Assembly (NCBI RefSeq): GCF_001194135.2
Contig: NC_068986.1
Coordinates: 47,903,706-47,967,705, forward strand
From: Octopus bimaculoides
Taxonomy: Eukaryota
Direction of reading: 5' to 3'
DNA length: 64,000 nucleotides
In this document: piece by piece, positions 11,775-24,250 of the stretch
Numbering within the stretch: the first letter of the stretch is position 1
Layout: every line of letters starts with the position of its first letter
The notes under the pieces: generated by a model
What the model saw: only the letters and a program-made list of their open reading frames with translations
What the model was told of the DNA's origin: nothing
Database searches by the model: none
Made by a program: the position numbers and the translations under genes

Positions 11775-13290
11775 CTAGTCATTTTGAAATGTGTTGCTCA
11801 AATTTTTATTCTCATAACATGAAGACTGGTCGAAATAAGCTTTTTTAACTCTGTCTAAATTGACAATTACCTTTTTACCATGCATATCCAAAGTCATTGT
11901 TTTATCTTTAATCGACGAAACTTTAAAAGGTCCATTGTATTTATAATTCAGTGAATGATGACTGGCATCATTACGTACAAATACATGAATCCAAGAATTA
12001 GTATCGGAAGGGACGAAACTTTTAATATTTTGTAATTTATTTGTAAAAGAAGGAACATCAGAAAGAAATCTCTTGAGTCGGGTTACATAATTGTTAATAT
12101 CTCTATTAAAAGAATTGGTTTCTTCAAACATTCGACCGGATTGAGTTAATGTTGTTCCGTAAAGAAGTTCAGCAGAAGAATATTGCAAACTTCCTTTAAC
12201 AGCACTCCTGATTCGTAAAAATGTCACTGGTAAAACTTCTAACCAACTAATAGAATCAGAATAAGTTTTAAATGAAGATTTCAACTGCCTATGAAACCTT
12301 TCTATCATGCCATTAGATTGTGGATGATAGGAAGTAGTACGAATACTATGAATTCCCAACAATTTGTTAAATTCTTCAAAAAGTGTTGACTCAAATTGTC
12401 TTCCACGATCGTCAATGAGTTGGGTATGCCGAATCTGGACATCCAATTGGTAAATAAAGTTCTTGCTATAGTTACCGCTGATATGTCTTTGATTGGATAT
12501 GCTTCTGGCCATCGCGAAAAATGATCCATACATGTTAACAAATAACTATTACCTTCCACAGTAGGCAATGGTCCAACTATGTCAATATGAATGTGTTGGA
12601 ATCTGGAATCAGGATTTGCAAAAGTACCTAATGGTGCTTTAATGTGACGATTCACTTTTGCTCTTTGGCACTGCATACACGAATATCCTTATTCATACCA
12701 GGCCAAACAAATCAACTAAATTTTAATGAAGCTCCAATGCCAGGATAAGATAAATTATGCATAGTAAAAACAGCTTTATTACGCTTTTCAGACATAAATG
12801 GTCTAGAAAATCCTGTAGAAATATCATGCCAAATATGTGATTTAAAAGAATGAATCGGCAATAATTTAAATTTCAACGAAGTAGAACTGGAATCTTTGTA
12901 TAAAGAAAATCCTTTATCAGTAGTTTGATCTTTAGACATTTCTTCTAAATTGATAGTACTTAATGAACGTAATGCATCAACATTCATTCGAGAAAGTGCA
13001 TCAGCTGCAGAATTTTCAACACCCTTGATATACCATATATTCACGGTATACTGTGAAATATAATCAAGGTGTCTAATTTCTCTGGGAGAATATTATTGAG
13101 AAGAATTTTTTAGTACGTGTCAATGGTTTATGGTCAGTAAATAATGTAAATGAGCTACCTTCAAGAAGATGTCTGAAGTACTTAATTGACAAGTAAGCTG
13201 TCAACAATTCTCTGTCGAAAACGCAGTATTTCGTTTCTGGTGCCTTGAACTGATTTTCGGTGTTTCCAGCAATTTTTCTCAAATTTACAT
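11775..13290 (-). mobile_element. Ty3/Gypsy pol remnant (RNase H and integrase), frameshifted
   Basis: DRELLTAYLSIKYFRHLLEG...TDHKPL; YIKGVENSAADALSR; CMQC; HIDIVGPLP; DHFSRWPEAYP; HPQSNGMIERFHRQLK. No LTRs identified. Confidence 0.93.
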
Positions 13291-13329
13291 TTCAGAAACA
13301 CTATAATTACGATTTTTGTTTTCAAAAAG

Positions 13330-14185
13330 ACATTTAATTATATATTTGTCTAACTTTTAGTATACCTGTCTTACATGAATCGGAATTTATCAGACTCTCG
13401 GGTTTTTCAGCATTTTCCCATCCCTATTCAACGATTCTAGTCCTTCAGTCCTATTTTCAAGAATCCAAATAGATTTGCCGTCCGCGTTGCTTCTTTTATA
13501 TTGGTTGAATTTTTTTAAACATTTCTGCCGAAGGTTTTTTCGACTATATGATTTTCATATTTGTAGCCATGTGTAAATTTATTGATGTGTATGTTGTCTG
13601 TGTATTTATTTTGGCATTGTTCTGTGATACGGAAACGGTTTCCATGGTTATTATCTTATTTCTGTCTTTCTGGGAAATTTTGTAGAGTATGCAAGTATTA
13701 TCCTCTAGTAATTTTCTATCTAACTCTGTTTTGTGATATATGGTATAGTGTGTTGCGATTGTTTTTATTGTAAATGGATGGCGCACCTACCACAGAGTAA
13801 TGGACTAGTATGTCTAATGTAACAGTTTGAGTCCTGAAGCTTGCAACTTTCAGTTTTGCAATCAAATTTTCAAACTACCCTGGTCATTGGTAGTCAGTTC
13901 TTGAGTTTACATGCTTGTAGTGTGTTATTGATAAAGCGACTTTTGGCTTTGGAGTTTTTGAAGCGTTTTACTAGTTTTAGTTGATGGTCAGGTATAATGC
14001 GAATTATGTTACGCTTTATGCAGTTTTTTATTATGTATTCATCTGTTCTGAATAAATTTTATGTGTGATTTGTGTATTTCTATTTGGTGCATTCTCTGAT
14101 GTATTTGTTGCAATTATTCTTGTATTCTTCTGTGGACCGATTTACAAGTCTGTTGGAAGACATGTGAATACAAATATCAACAAAA
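13330..14185 (-). mobile_element. Possible Penelope-like element N-terminal ORF remnant
   Basis: One frame from ATG near 14180 reads MSSNRLVNRS...LKLVKRFKNSKAKSRFINNTLQACKLKN*LP with scattered stops, resembling the PLE N-terminal F(L/I)..C....P motif. No RT motif seen. Confidence 0.35.
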
Positions 14186-14324
14186 TATTTCTTGTAGGAA
14201 GCACTGTTTTCTGAGTTTCTGATGTAAACATCAGCGAAAAAAACACCTAAACCCTAACACAAGCACACACGCACAAATATAAGCGTTTGTGTATATGTAT
14301 ACACATTAATAGTTGCATGCATAG

Positions 14325-14384
<60 letters not shown>

Positions 14385-14718
14385 GTATGCACTATGGACT
14401 TCAGTATAATTTCTTTCATATTCAGAAGGTACTGGTCAACCAATGACTATGATATAAAATACTTGCCCAAGCTACAACACAGTAGGGTTGAAATGGAAAC
14501 GATGTAGTTGGCAATCAAACTTTATTCCCCGCTGACTGCTATTTTTATTATCAAACCACGATGGATGAAAAGCGGAATCGACTACAACATGATGCGAACA
14601 CAAGACTTAAAGAAATATTGCAGAACCTCACAAATCATTTAATCTATCACGCAGTCGATTCTGCCATCTAGCACCCGTTTTAGCAATTAAATAATTTATC
14701 TTTTATCTTTTACTTGTT

Positions 14719-15285
14719 TCAATCAATACACTGTGGCCATAATGTGGCCATTCTGTGGCCATACTGTGGTCATACTGTGGTACCAGCTTGAAAATTTTTT
14801 GCTTGGATGAATTGATCCTAGTACTTATTTTTTTAAAGTCTGGTACCTATTCTATCGGAATAAGTTACGGGGATGTAAACGCACCAACACCGGTTATCAA
14901 GCGATGGTTAGACACACACACACGCACGCGCGCGCGCACATATGCTTGATCACTAAATCCACAACCTTTTATATTCTTTCTCTGTTTATTTTCTCTTATT
15001 CTTTTCTGTTGAAGAGCGTAGGCTCGAAACGTAAAAGTATTTCTTATTTTCCCGAGCGTCAAACTAACACATCTGCTTGTTGTTCATACACTTGTCTTCG
15101 CCCTTTGTTTTTCTGTAAATTTCAACTATATATATACATGTATGTATATGACTCGCTCCTTTCAGTTTCGGTCTACCAAATCGATTGTCAAGGCTTTAGT
15201 CGGCTTGCGGTTACAGTAGAAGACACCTGTCCAAGGTGCCATGCAGATGGGACTGAGCCCGGAACCATGTGGTTCTTACCACACA
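14719..15285 (-). mobile_element. SINE family A interrupted in its microsatellite centre by an insert of about 175 bp
   Basis: Family A 3' half at about 14719-14950 and 5' half at about 15130-15285, separated by unrelated sequence. Confidence 0.8.
15002..15063 (+). ncRNA. Variant type I hammerhead-ribozyme-like motif
   Basis: CUGUUGA-A, stem II GAGC/GCUC with GUAG loop, GAAA, stem III ACGU/GCGU, GUC site at 15058-15060, and only a 3-bp stem I. The core has U in place of the conserved A6. Confidence 0.5.
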
Positions 15286-16307
15286 GCCAAATATTTCTAA
15301 GTGCATTATACTCCAAATCACTTTTAGCTTTTAAATAATCATTTGGGCGAGTAAACAAACAAAACATTATGAGAATTTGGATTTAGCTTATTTTATATTC
15401 TTCACAATATAAAATTTTTAAATGGTTAGTAGAATTAGTTCGGGGCTTAAAGGAAAAGGAGAATTGATGGAGAAACACTTCGTAGATTGATGAATTAAAC
15501 AAAATAGTTTTATGGAGCGAGACCAAGTTAGGATAAGAGATCTGAAATTTTTTTTTTTTTTTTTAATGACACACTGAATATGCTAGCTACTCAGATAAAT
15601 TAATTTGACCGATGTGACGAAGGTTACAATTTTGTGAGAAATTATTCTGTTCTATATAAGGAAGAAATACTCCTCGCCATGATCAAATTTAACTTTGTAC
15701 TAAAAAAGTCCTGTGAACGGAAATACATTTCGGTTTCTCAGTAAATACAGGCAGCTTCTGAAAAATTAGATTACATATTCAATAATATTTAATATATATA
15801 TCACATTCGAGCTCCGTGTCAAAAGAAGAATATCTATTTTAGTATACAGATGTCCCCATTTTCTTCAGTTGATATAATCGACTATGTCACTTCCCTCCAC
15901 CCAGCAAAACTGTGACCTTTTAGTTGTGTCAGAAGTTATTATTATTAGCTCTGTCGCCTTACGGGAGACTGAGTATATTAGATCCATTAGTGCCACATCC
16001 AAAACAAATTAATTTTGATAATTCCTTCCAGGCTTACTTTTGACAATTACATCAATTCTTTTTTTCTGCCGAAATACATGAAAATACAAAGGTACCGATC
16101 TTACTGGAGATTAAAATACTTTAGTTGAAATAATTCCTATTAAATAATTTAGATTGAATCATTTAGATTTTTAGATATTATTGCATTAATTCTTTTTTTT
16201 TTGGAACAGGAGATCTCGAAGCACACTAAGTTATAAACAAGCACGTATAAATATCGGATTCAAAACCCTTTTGGATAGAAAAAGTCGATGATTCTATCTA
16301 AAACTAG

Positions 16308-17639
16308 GGAGGTGAGCTGGTCGAAACGTTCGCTAGCCGAAACGTTCGCTAGCCGAAACGTTAACACGCCGGGCGAAATGCTTAGCGGTATTTCGTCTGT
16401 CTTTACGTACTGAATTCAAATTCCGCCGAGGTCGACTTTGCCTTTCAACATTTCAGGGTCGATAAATTAAGTACCAGTTGCCTACTGGGGTTGATGTAAT
16501 CGACTGGCCCTCTCCCTAAAAATTTCGGGCCTTGTGCCTAGAGTAGAAAAGAGTTCTATCCAAAACGGTTTTTCAACCTGATATTTACATGCTATTCTAG
16601 AATTATTATTTCACGTTCTCTCGGAAGTTTATATAATTCTTTTGAGGTCAGCTGTTGCATTATTTTATAAATACTTGATAAAATGAAGAAGATTGTGAAT
16701 AGAATTCAAGAGTGCGTGGGGAAAAAAATTATGAATGGAATAAAAAAAATGTATGTGAAAAACAGTTAGAATAGGCTTTATTTCACAAATAGGAAGTTAA
16801 CTAGATTTATATACTTCCAGATATTCCAAATATTTTACTAACATCCAGACAATTATGTTTTTGTCCTTACGAAAGTAACCTTTGCTCTAAAAGACAACGA
16901 CGTTGTAGGAAGCGTAACAAGAACAGAATTCACTCCATCCTCCCTAATATGATAAAATAATTGGAAATGACGGAAATTTTAAACACTTGAAACCACTCTA
17001 ATTTAGCGAGAATGTGGGCGGTATTAGAATGAAAATGGTGTCATATTGAACAGTAAATATTATTTCGAATCGAGTAATATCATGGAAAAGATAGGAAATA
17101 CAGGCGACGAGCTGGCAGAAATGTTAGCGCGCCGGGCGAAATGCTTAGCGGTATTTCGCATGTCGGTACGTTCTGAGTTCAAATTCCGCCGAAGTCGACT
17201 TTGCCTTTCATCCTTTCGGGGTCGATTAAATAAGTACCAGTTACGCACTGGGGTCGAGATAATCGATCTAATTCGTTTGTCTGTCCTTGTTTGTCCCCTC
17301 TGTGTGTAGCCCTTTGTGAGTAATAAAGAAATAAGAAAAGATAGGATATACAACTTGTGTTTATTACTATATGCCCCACTGTGAGGCGGCGAACTGGTAG
17401 AATCGTTAGCATGGACGGAAAAATGCTTAGCGGCATTTCGTCTGTTTTTTCGCTCTGAGTTCAAATTTCATCAAGGCCGACTTCGCTTATCATCTTTTCG
17501 GAATCGATAAAATAAGTACCAGTGGAACACTGGATTTCATGTAATCGTATTATCCCCGAGCTTACTGGCCTTGTGCCAAAATCTGAAAACTTCTTCTTCT
17601 TCATCATTATCATTATCGTTGTTGTTGTTGTTGTTGTTA

Positions 17640-17685
<46 letters not shown>

Positions 17686-17897
17686 GGCTGCGAGTTGGCT
17701 GAATCGTTAGCACGCCAGGCGAAATGCTTAGCGATATTTTGTCTGCCGTTACGTTCTGAGTTCAAAATCCGCCGAGGTCGATTTCACCTTTCATTCTTTT
17801 AGGGTCGATAAATTAAGTAGCAGTTAAACACTGGTGTGGATGCAATCGATTAGTCCCCTACCCCGAAATTTCAGAGTAAGAAACTATAATAAAAAGG

Positions 17898-17929
<32 letters not shown>

Positions 17930-18127
17930 GGCGGTGAGCTGGCAGAATCGTCAGCACGCTGGACAAAATGGTTAGCAGCATTTCTTCCGTCTTTACGTTC
18001 TGAGTTCAAATTCTGCCTTTCATCATTTCGAGATCGATAAAATAAGTACCAGTTGAACACTGGGGTCAATGTAATCGATTTGTCGGCTCCGCCAAAATTG
18101 CTGCCTTTGTAGCAAAATTTGAAACCA
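16308..18127 (+). mobile_element. Cluster of five same-orientation SINE family B copies
   Basis: Copies at about 16308, 17103, 17385, 17683 and 17927 with the shared core. The last two are preceded by (ATT)n/(GTT)n tracts. Confidence 0.85.
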
Positions 18128-18916
18128 TNNNNNNNNNNNNNNNNNNNNNNNNNNNNNNNNNNNNNNNNNNNNNNNNNNNNNNNNNNNNNNNNNNNNNNNN
18201 NNNNNNNNNNNNNNNNNNNNNNNNNNNNNNNNNNNNNNNNNNNNNNNNNNNNNNNNNNNNNNNNNNNNNNNNNNNNNNNNNNNNNNNNNNNNNNNNNNNN
18301 NNNNNNNNNNNNNNNNNNNNNNNNNNNNNNNNNNNNNNNNNNNNNNNNNNNNNNNNNNNNNNNNNNNNNNNNNNNNNNNNNNNNNNNNNNNNNNNNNNNN
18401 NNNNNNNNNNNNNNNNNNNNNNNNNNNNNNNNNNNNNNNNNNNNNNNNNNNNNNNNNNNNNNNNNNNNNNNNNNNNNNNNNNNNNNNNNNNNNNNNNNNN
18501 NNNNNNNNNNNNNNNNNNNNNNNNNNNNNNNNNNNNNNNNNNNNNNNNNNNNNNNNNNNNNNNNNNNNNNNNNNNNNNNNNNNNNNNNNNNNNNNNNNNN
18601 NNNNNNNNNNNNNNNNNNNNNNNNNNNNNNNNNNNNNNNNNNNNNNNNNNNNNNNNNNNNNNNNNNNNNNNNNNNNNNNNNNNNNNNNNNNNNNNNNNNN
18701 NNNNNNNNNNNNNNNNNNNNNNNNNNNNNNNNNNNNNNNNNNNNNNNNNNNNNNNNNNNNNNNNNNNNNNNNNNNNNNNNNNNNNNNNNNNNNNNNNNNN
18801 NNNNNNNNNNNNNNNNNNNNNNNNNNNNNNNNNNNNNNNNNNNNNNNNNNNNNNNNNNNNNNNNNNNNNNNNNNNNNNNNNNNNNNNNNNNNNNNNNNNN
18901 NNNNNNNNNNNNNNNN

Positions 18917-19110
18917 TCCAACTTCGCTTGACAACCGATGCTGGTTTGTTTACGTCCCCGTAACTTAGTGGTTCGGCAAAAAGAGACCGATAGAATAAGT
19001 ACTAGACTTACAAAGAATAAGTCCTGGGGTCGATTTGCTCGATTAAAGACGGTGCCCTAGCATGGCCGCAGTCAAATGACTGAAACAAGTAAAAGAGTAA
19101 AAGAGTATAA
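18917..19110 (+). mobile_element. SINE family A 3' half
   Basis: cgcttgacaaccgatgctgg...gaaacaagtaaaagagtaaaagag. Confidence 0.85.
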
Positions 19111-19251
19111 TAGGCGTAAAATAACTTGCTGTAAACGAATATGAAAATAAAAAAATGTGCGCTCGCGAACGAGTGATGGGGGAGATGTGTCTGAGCAGCT
19201 CCATTTGGAGAAGGCACTGCTCACCCGGAGGATGGGGAGTTTCTAGAACAG

Positions 19252-20195
19252 GTGAATAAAAAATTGCCCGTCTTTCTATATCTGGTCAGTTTAGCGCGAC
19301 TGACGGATGTCCACCCTGCGCTCGAAAAACAAAGAGACTTATTTACAAAATTTGGATGGAACTTGAACATTTCAGGTTGTAATGTGCGCACTCTGTTGGA
19401 TAACATGAGCGATTATAGGCCTGAAAGACGCACTTGTTGCTCGCGAGCTGAACCGTTATAACATTGATATAGCTGCACTTTCAGAGACTCATATTGAAGG
19501 TGATGGTCAGCTTGAGGAAGTAGGAGGTGGATACACCTTTTCTGGGAAATGGAGGCAGACGGGGGATCGCAGAAAAGCTAATGTTGGCCTTGCAGTTCGA
19601 TCTGATATCCTTAAGAAGTTGGAGGAGCTTCCTGTTCCTATAAATGAACGACTAATGACTCTACGATTTCACCTGAAAGGTGGGCAGTTTGCTAATCTAA
19701 TAAGTGCCTATGCACTTACTTTAACTAGCTGTGATGAAGATACAAGTACTTTTATACCCAACTGAGAGCCATACTTATGAAAATCCCTAATTCTGATAAG
19801 GTCGTTCTACTGGGGGATTTCAATGCCAGGGTTGGAACTGGCTGGCAAACATGGAACTCTCTAGGACGTTTTCCAGTAGGGAAAATGAGTAGCAATGGTC
19901 TCATGCTGCTTGAGCTTTGCGATGAACATGGACTTTACATCGCAAGCACTCATTTTATGCACAAAGATGATCACATGACAACGTGGATGCATCCAAGGTC
20001 TAAAGTTTGGCACTTGCTGGATTATGTCATCAACCGCAAGCGTGACAGCTATACATTTGTAATGTCAAGTCCTTTCATGGATCGGAATGCTGTACAGACC
20101 ACAGTCTGGTGCGAGCAAACATCCAGATGATGATTAGAGTGAAAGAGAGAAGAGGGCCAGTCAGCATTTTTCGGTATCTGAATGTCCACTATATC
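19252..20195 (+). mobile_element. RTE-type apurinic endonuclease (APE) domain, frameshifted
   Basis: NISGCNVRTL; LVARELNRYNIDIAALSET; NERLMTLRF; LISAYA; DKVVLLGDFNARVG; NGLMLLELCDEHGL; TWMHPRSKVWHLLDYV; TDHSLV. Confidence 0.9.
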
Positions 20196-20202
20196 TAAAT
20201 AG

Positions 20203-20900
20203 ATATATCGAATCTGGCATAATTGGATTGAAAAGAATCCCAATTGGTATCCAGATAAAGTTCGGGATGGACGTGCACAAGCACTACTGGAATTTCTTGA
20301 ATCTTGTCAGGCCGGCATTAGAGAAAGCCTTAAAACAAGTGGAATGAAGTCCTGGAATAACCTCACAAATTCCCAACGTTACGCACTCCGACGTCTAGCT
20401 AATGACGATTCTATTGTTATTAAGATGGCGGATAAGGGAGGTGCTATCGTAATTATGGACAAAAGTGAGTATATTTCAGCTTCTGAAGAAGTTTTAAATG
20501 ACAAAACTTCGTATGAAGAACTACCTGTCGATCCAAACCCCAATTACAGAGAGGAACTTGACAAAATAATTCTGGAAATGGAGGAAAACAATTTCGTTAA
20601 TAAGGCTGAATCTAAGATTATTTTATGGTCACCCTAAAATACACAAAAAGTTCGAAAGATTTCCTCCAATGCGCCCAATTTGCAGCGGATATGAATGTTG
20701 CACGGCCAAAATTTCGGGATAGCTGGATGGCTTTCTACTCCTCGTCGCAAAACGATCAAGTTCCTATATTCGGGATACCTTTGATTTTGTATCTAAAATC
20801 AACAACTTTTTAAGCACCGAGGCCGTATTGAGAACTGTTTTTTTTATAACCATGGATGTTTCTTCCTCATATCCCAATATTGACCACAATGAAGGTTACA
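20203..20900 (+). mobile_element. Penelope-like (PLE) reverse transcriptase N-terminal fragment
   Basis: Open frame 20203-20637: NPNWYP...NNLTNSQRYALRRLANDDSIVIKMADKGGAIVIMDKSEY. Further on SSYIRDTFDF and FITMDVSSSYPNIDHNEG. These are PLE RT motifs. Confidence 0.85.
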
Positions 20901-20959
20901 CACAATATTTTCTGAGAAAATGGAGGTTATGATACGCTGTTTCAACGCTTCTATGACTG

Positions 20960-21790
20960 TCCCAAATCCTTTCTCTTTGACTAAGTATTTTTTCTCAGGG
21001 GATGATGTAAATCTTGTGTTTCCTAACCTGTTCAGTTTCTAGGCTTCTATTCTAGTCAGATCTTGTCTTAAGGTCTTCATTTATTTTGAAATCTCCTTTT
21101 CCACTTTTGCTCTTTTCTAATCTTTCCTTATTACTACTACCCCTCCTGCATAGATCAATAAATTAGTGTCTCCTCTATTTTTAGTAGCTATTCTCCAGAT
21201 AACAGAATCTACTTTCTTAGTCATATCTAGCACCATCCTTTTGTTGATATCTTTCAATGTTGGCAATTTTTCTCTTACTTCTTTACTCATTACTTCCTGC
21301 AACTCATCTAAAATCTTCTGATCTTCCTCACTTAAATCGTTGGTGCCAGTTGTCCTCATTGGTAGCGCTATTATTATTCTTGATAGGTTCTTCTTTGGTT
21401 TGAACTGTATCTCTTACGTTGTTGTTTGTCTTTCCTACTGCCTGGTTTTTCTTTTCCAGTTCTCTTGTGTTCTCTTCCATATTCAATTCTGTCATCCACT
21501 TTCTTCTTCTAACAGCATTAGCTTGGTCTACTCGTCTCTACTCAGTCACCTTCAACATACCCTTCTCTACCCAAAGTGTTAACATCTGTTTTTGATAACC
21601 CTTTCTTTTAAGTTCACTTATTAAGTAACACTGCACCACTATCCTGTTTTCTTCGCTGGTCTATTTCCTCCTTACTCTATTATCTGTTGATGTTGTCTTA
21701 AGATAACAACTGCAGTCAGACTGCATCTTTACCGAACCACTGCCGAGCGAGAGGCGTTCCCTTAAAGGCTAACCTCATTTTCATGTGAAC
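20960..21790 (-). mobile_element. R4/Dong-like non-LTR element, N-terminal region remnant
   Basis: TSEENRIVVQCYL...GYQKQMLTLWVEKGM...DQANAVRRRKWM and KLPTLK...VDSVI...TNLLIYAGGVVV resemble the N-terminus of R4/Dong-type ORFs (from memory). Confidence 0.6.
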
Positions 21791-22009
21791 TCCGGTCTCT
21801 CATAAATTGAGGTAAGGTTACTTTCATCACCATCGTCATCACCATTCTTATTTTATGACATTTGATAATTACAACTAACTTTCTGTTGCATCTCCTGCTG
21901 CATTTTCGTGCTGGTGTGTGTTTCATTTCTTTTTTCCTCTTGGGGAATATTGTATTGCATCAGTATGTCCTGTTACGGGGTTTGGTGTGAGTCTCCTGTT
22001 GCTATAGAT

Positions 22010-22380
22010 TTTGTATTGCTTAGCAGTATTTCGCCCGTCGCTACGTTCTGAGTTCAAAATCCGCCGAGGTTGACTTTGCCTTTCATCCTTTCGGGGTTGA
22101 TAAAATAAGTACCAGTTACGCACTGGGGTTGATGTAATCGACTTAATCCCTTCCCTCAAATTTCAGGCCTTGTGCCTACAGTAGAAAGGATTGTTATCAT
22201 TATTAAGGTAGCGAGCTGACAGAACCATTTACACGCTGAACAAAATGCTTAGCGGCAGTTCGTCGGTCTTTACGTTCTGAGTTCAAATTCTGCTAAGGTT
22301 GACTTTGCTTTCATTATTTAGGGGATCTATAGATTGAATACTGGGGTCGCTGTAATCGACTTACCCCACCACCATTATTA
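22010..22380 (+). mobile_element. Two tandem SINE family B copies
   Basis: Shared family B core twice, linked by attgttatcattatt. Confidence 0.8.
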
Positions 22381-23059
22381 TGTTCTCCGCTCTCTTCTGG
22401 AAAATGAGACGATAAACAACCAGTTGAAGTAGAAATTTTACTTTAAAAATGAAAGCTGACAGTTTTCTTTTAAAATAATGATGCTTTTGATGATGAGTTC
22501 TATAATTAGTCAAAGAAGCACAACCCAATTTTCGCCTCCATTTAGTGTATCCATAGTAAGTCAAGTTAGTGTTGACATGTTTAATACAGAGGGCATTACA
22601 AAGCAAAAGTATCTAGAAATAATAAACTAGAAAAGTAACTAGAAATAATTATGAAGAGTTAATATCGGATGGAGAATTAATACAATGTTAGTTAACCTTT
22701 TAACACACACATTTTTTTTCAATTTCAATGCAAAAATAATATAATTTTTTAAAACTTTTTATTTGAATCTGTATGTAAGGAACAATAAGTACACAAAGAA
22801 GAATAAGTACACAAATTATTTTGGATCAGTTATGATTCATTATGAAGTTACTAACACCTCAACTTTCATGAAAATTTTATGCCAAATTACATCGAATTTT
22901 TTTTTTTTTTTTTTTTTTTAGAATAAATAGTGAAATAAACTGAAATTACAGAGAAATCATTTTACGAAGCATTGTTGAAAGAAAAAGAAAATAATATTAG
23001 AAAGACAATTTGTTTATCATTTTTTTTTTAAATGGATATATTTTAAATGGATATATTTC

Positions 23060-23184
23060 ATTGCAGCGTAGAAGGTGTTTATAAGCCATTTAAGAAACAT
23101 ACAAGATCCGTCAGATTCACTTCAACATTTAAACGGTTTCCGTGTGTTTCTTAAATGGCTTATAAACACCTTCCATGCTGCAAT
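23060..23184. repeat. Inverted repeat (43-bp arms, 39-nt spacer)
   Basis: 23060-23102 is the reverse complement of 23142-23184 with about 3 mismatches. Confidence 0.9.
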
Positions 23185-24059
23185 TGTTTTCGTTCCAGCA
23201 CACGATCTCAGATCAGGTCACTTGCTATGCAAGTACATCTCCGAGAAGTCTTGAGATGTATGGCATATTTTGAAACAAGGGGCAACACAAAGGCCAACAT
23301 CACACTCAGGACAAAAGTATCTGCTTTCTCTTTGAATTTTCTTTTCAGTTGCATCTCTTTTTCGATTGCAGACAGCACAAACTCATGACAGACTCTTCTT
23401 CTTTTCAGTTGAAGGAATGTTATCTGGGAAATGTTTTCTGTGAGACGAGCCAAGGAGGGTTTCATTCTAGAGCGTCCTGGCTTGCGAGATGTTACGCTGG
23501 GTTGCTTCTCTTGCAGGATCTTCTCAATCGCTTGAACCCTAAAGTGCTAAGGTTTTTTGCTCCCTCCGGACATCTTGTACAGATTATAAGGGTTATATAA
23601 GGCTATATCAATGATGTGAAAAACATTTTTTAATAATACCTTATTCTTCTCTTCCTTGGAATTGGATAATCAGCCAAGTATTGGTCGACTCTACGTCTCC
23701 CATCGTATTGTCATAATTCATCACTACTTTGAGCCCCTTTTCTCTACTTCTCTACTTCAATCATCTTTGTATTATGAATGGTAACGTATATTTTCGTTCA
23801 AATATTTATTTAATAGATATCTCTGAACGATAGTATAAGGGATATGTTAAGAGGTTAATGGTTAATATTATTGAAATTATTAAGGCGGCCAGCTGGCAGA
23901 ATCGTTAGCACGCCGGGCGAACTGCTTGGCGGTATTTCGTACGTCTTTACGATCTGAGATCAGATTCTGCCAAGGTTGATTTTACCTTTCAACCATTCGG
24001 TGACGATATAATAAGCACCAATTGAGCATTGAGGTCGATATATGTGTGAGGTGTTATGA

Positions 24060-24250
24060 AAACCCCGCAATGTAACACAGTTGAAAGACATCATTCAGGA
24101 TGAATGGAGGTCGATTTCATCGGTTATATGCGGAAATTTTGTCGACTCTATGCCCAGAATACTTAACGCAGTCAATGAAAGCAGAGGAGGTCGCATCAAA
24201 TATTGAATATAGCAAGTAATCACTTAGGGTGTACATATTTTTGTATCGTA
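24060..24250 (+). mobile_element. Tc1-like transposase C-terminal remnant
   Basis: KPRNVTQLKDIIQDEW...VDSMPRILNAVNESRGGRIKY* (24060-24206), followed by a TIR-like gggtgtacatattttt. Confidence 0.75.

Noticed and set aside
19180-19245. HDV-like ribozyme in the RTE 5' UTR (tgagcag/ctgctca stem with an inner ctcca/tggag hairpin)
   Set aside because: I could not build the nested double pseudoknot (P1.1, L3, J4/2 C) by eye. A descriptor search would be needed.
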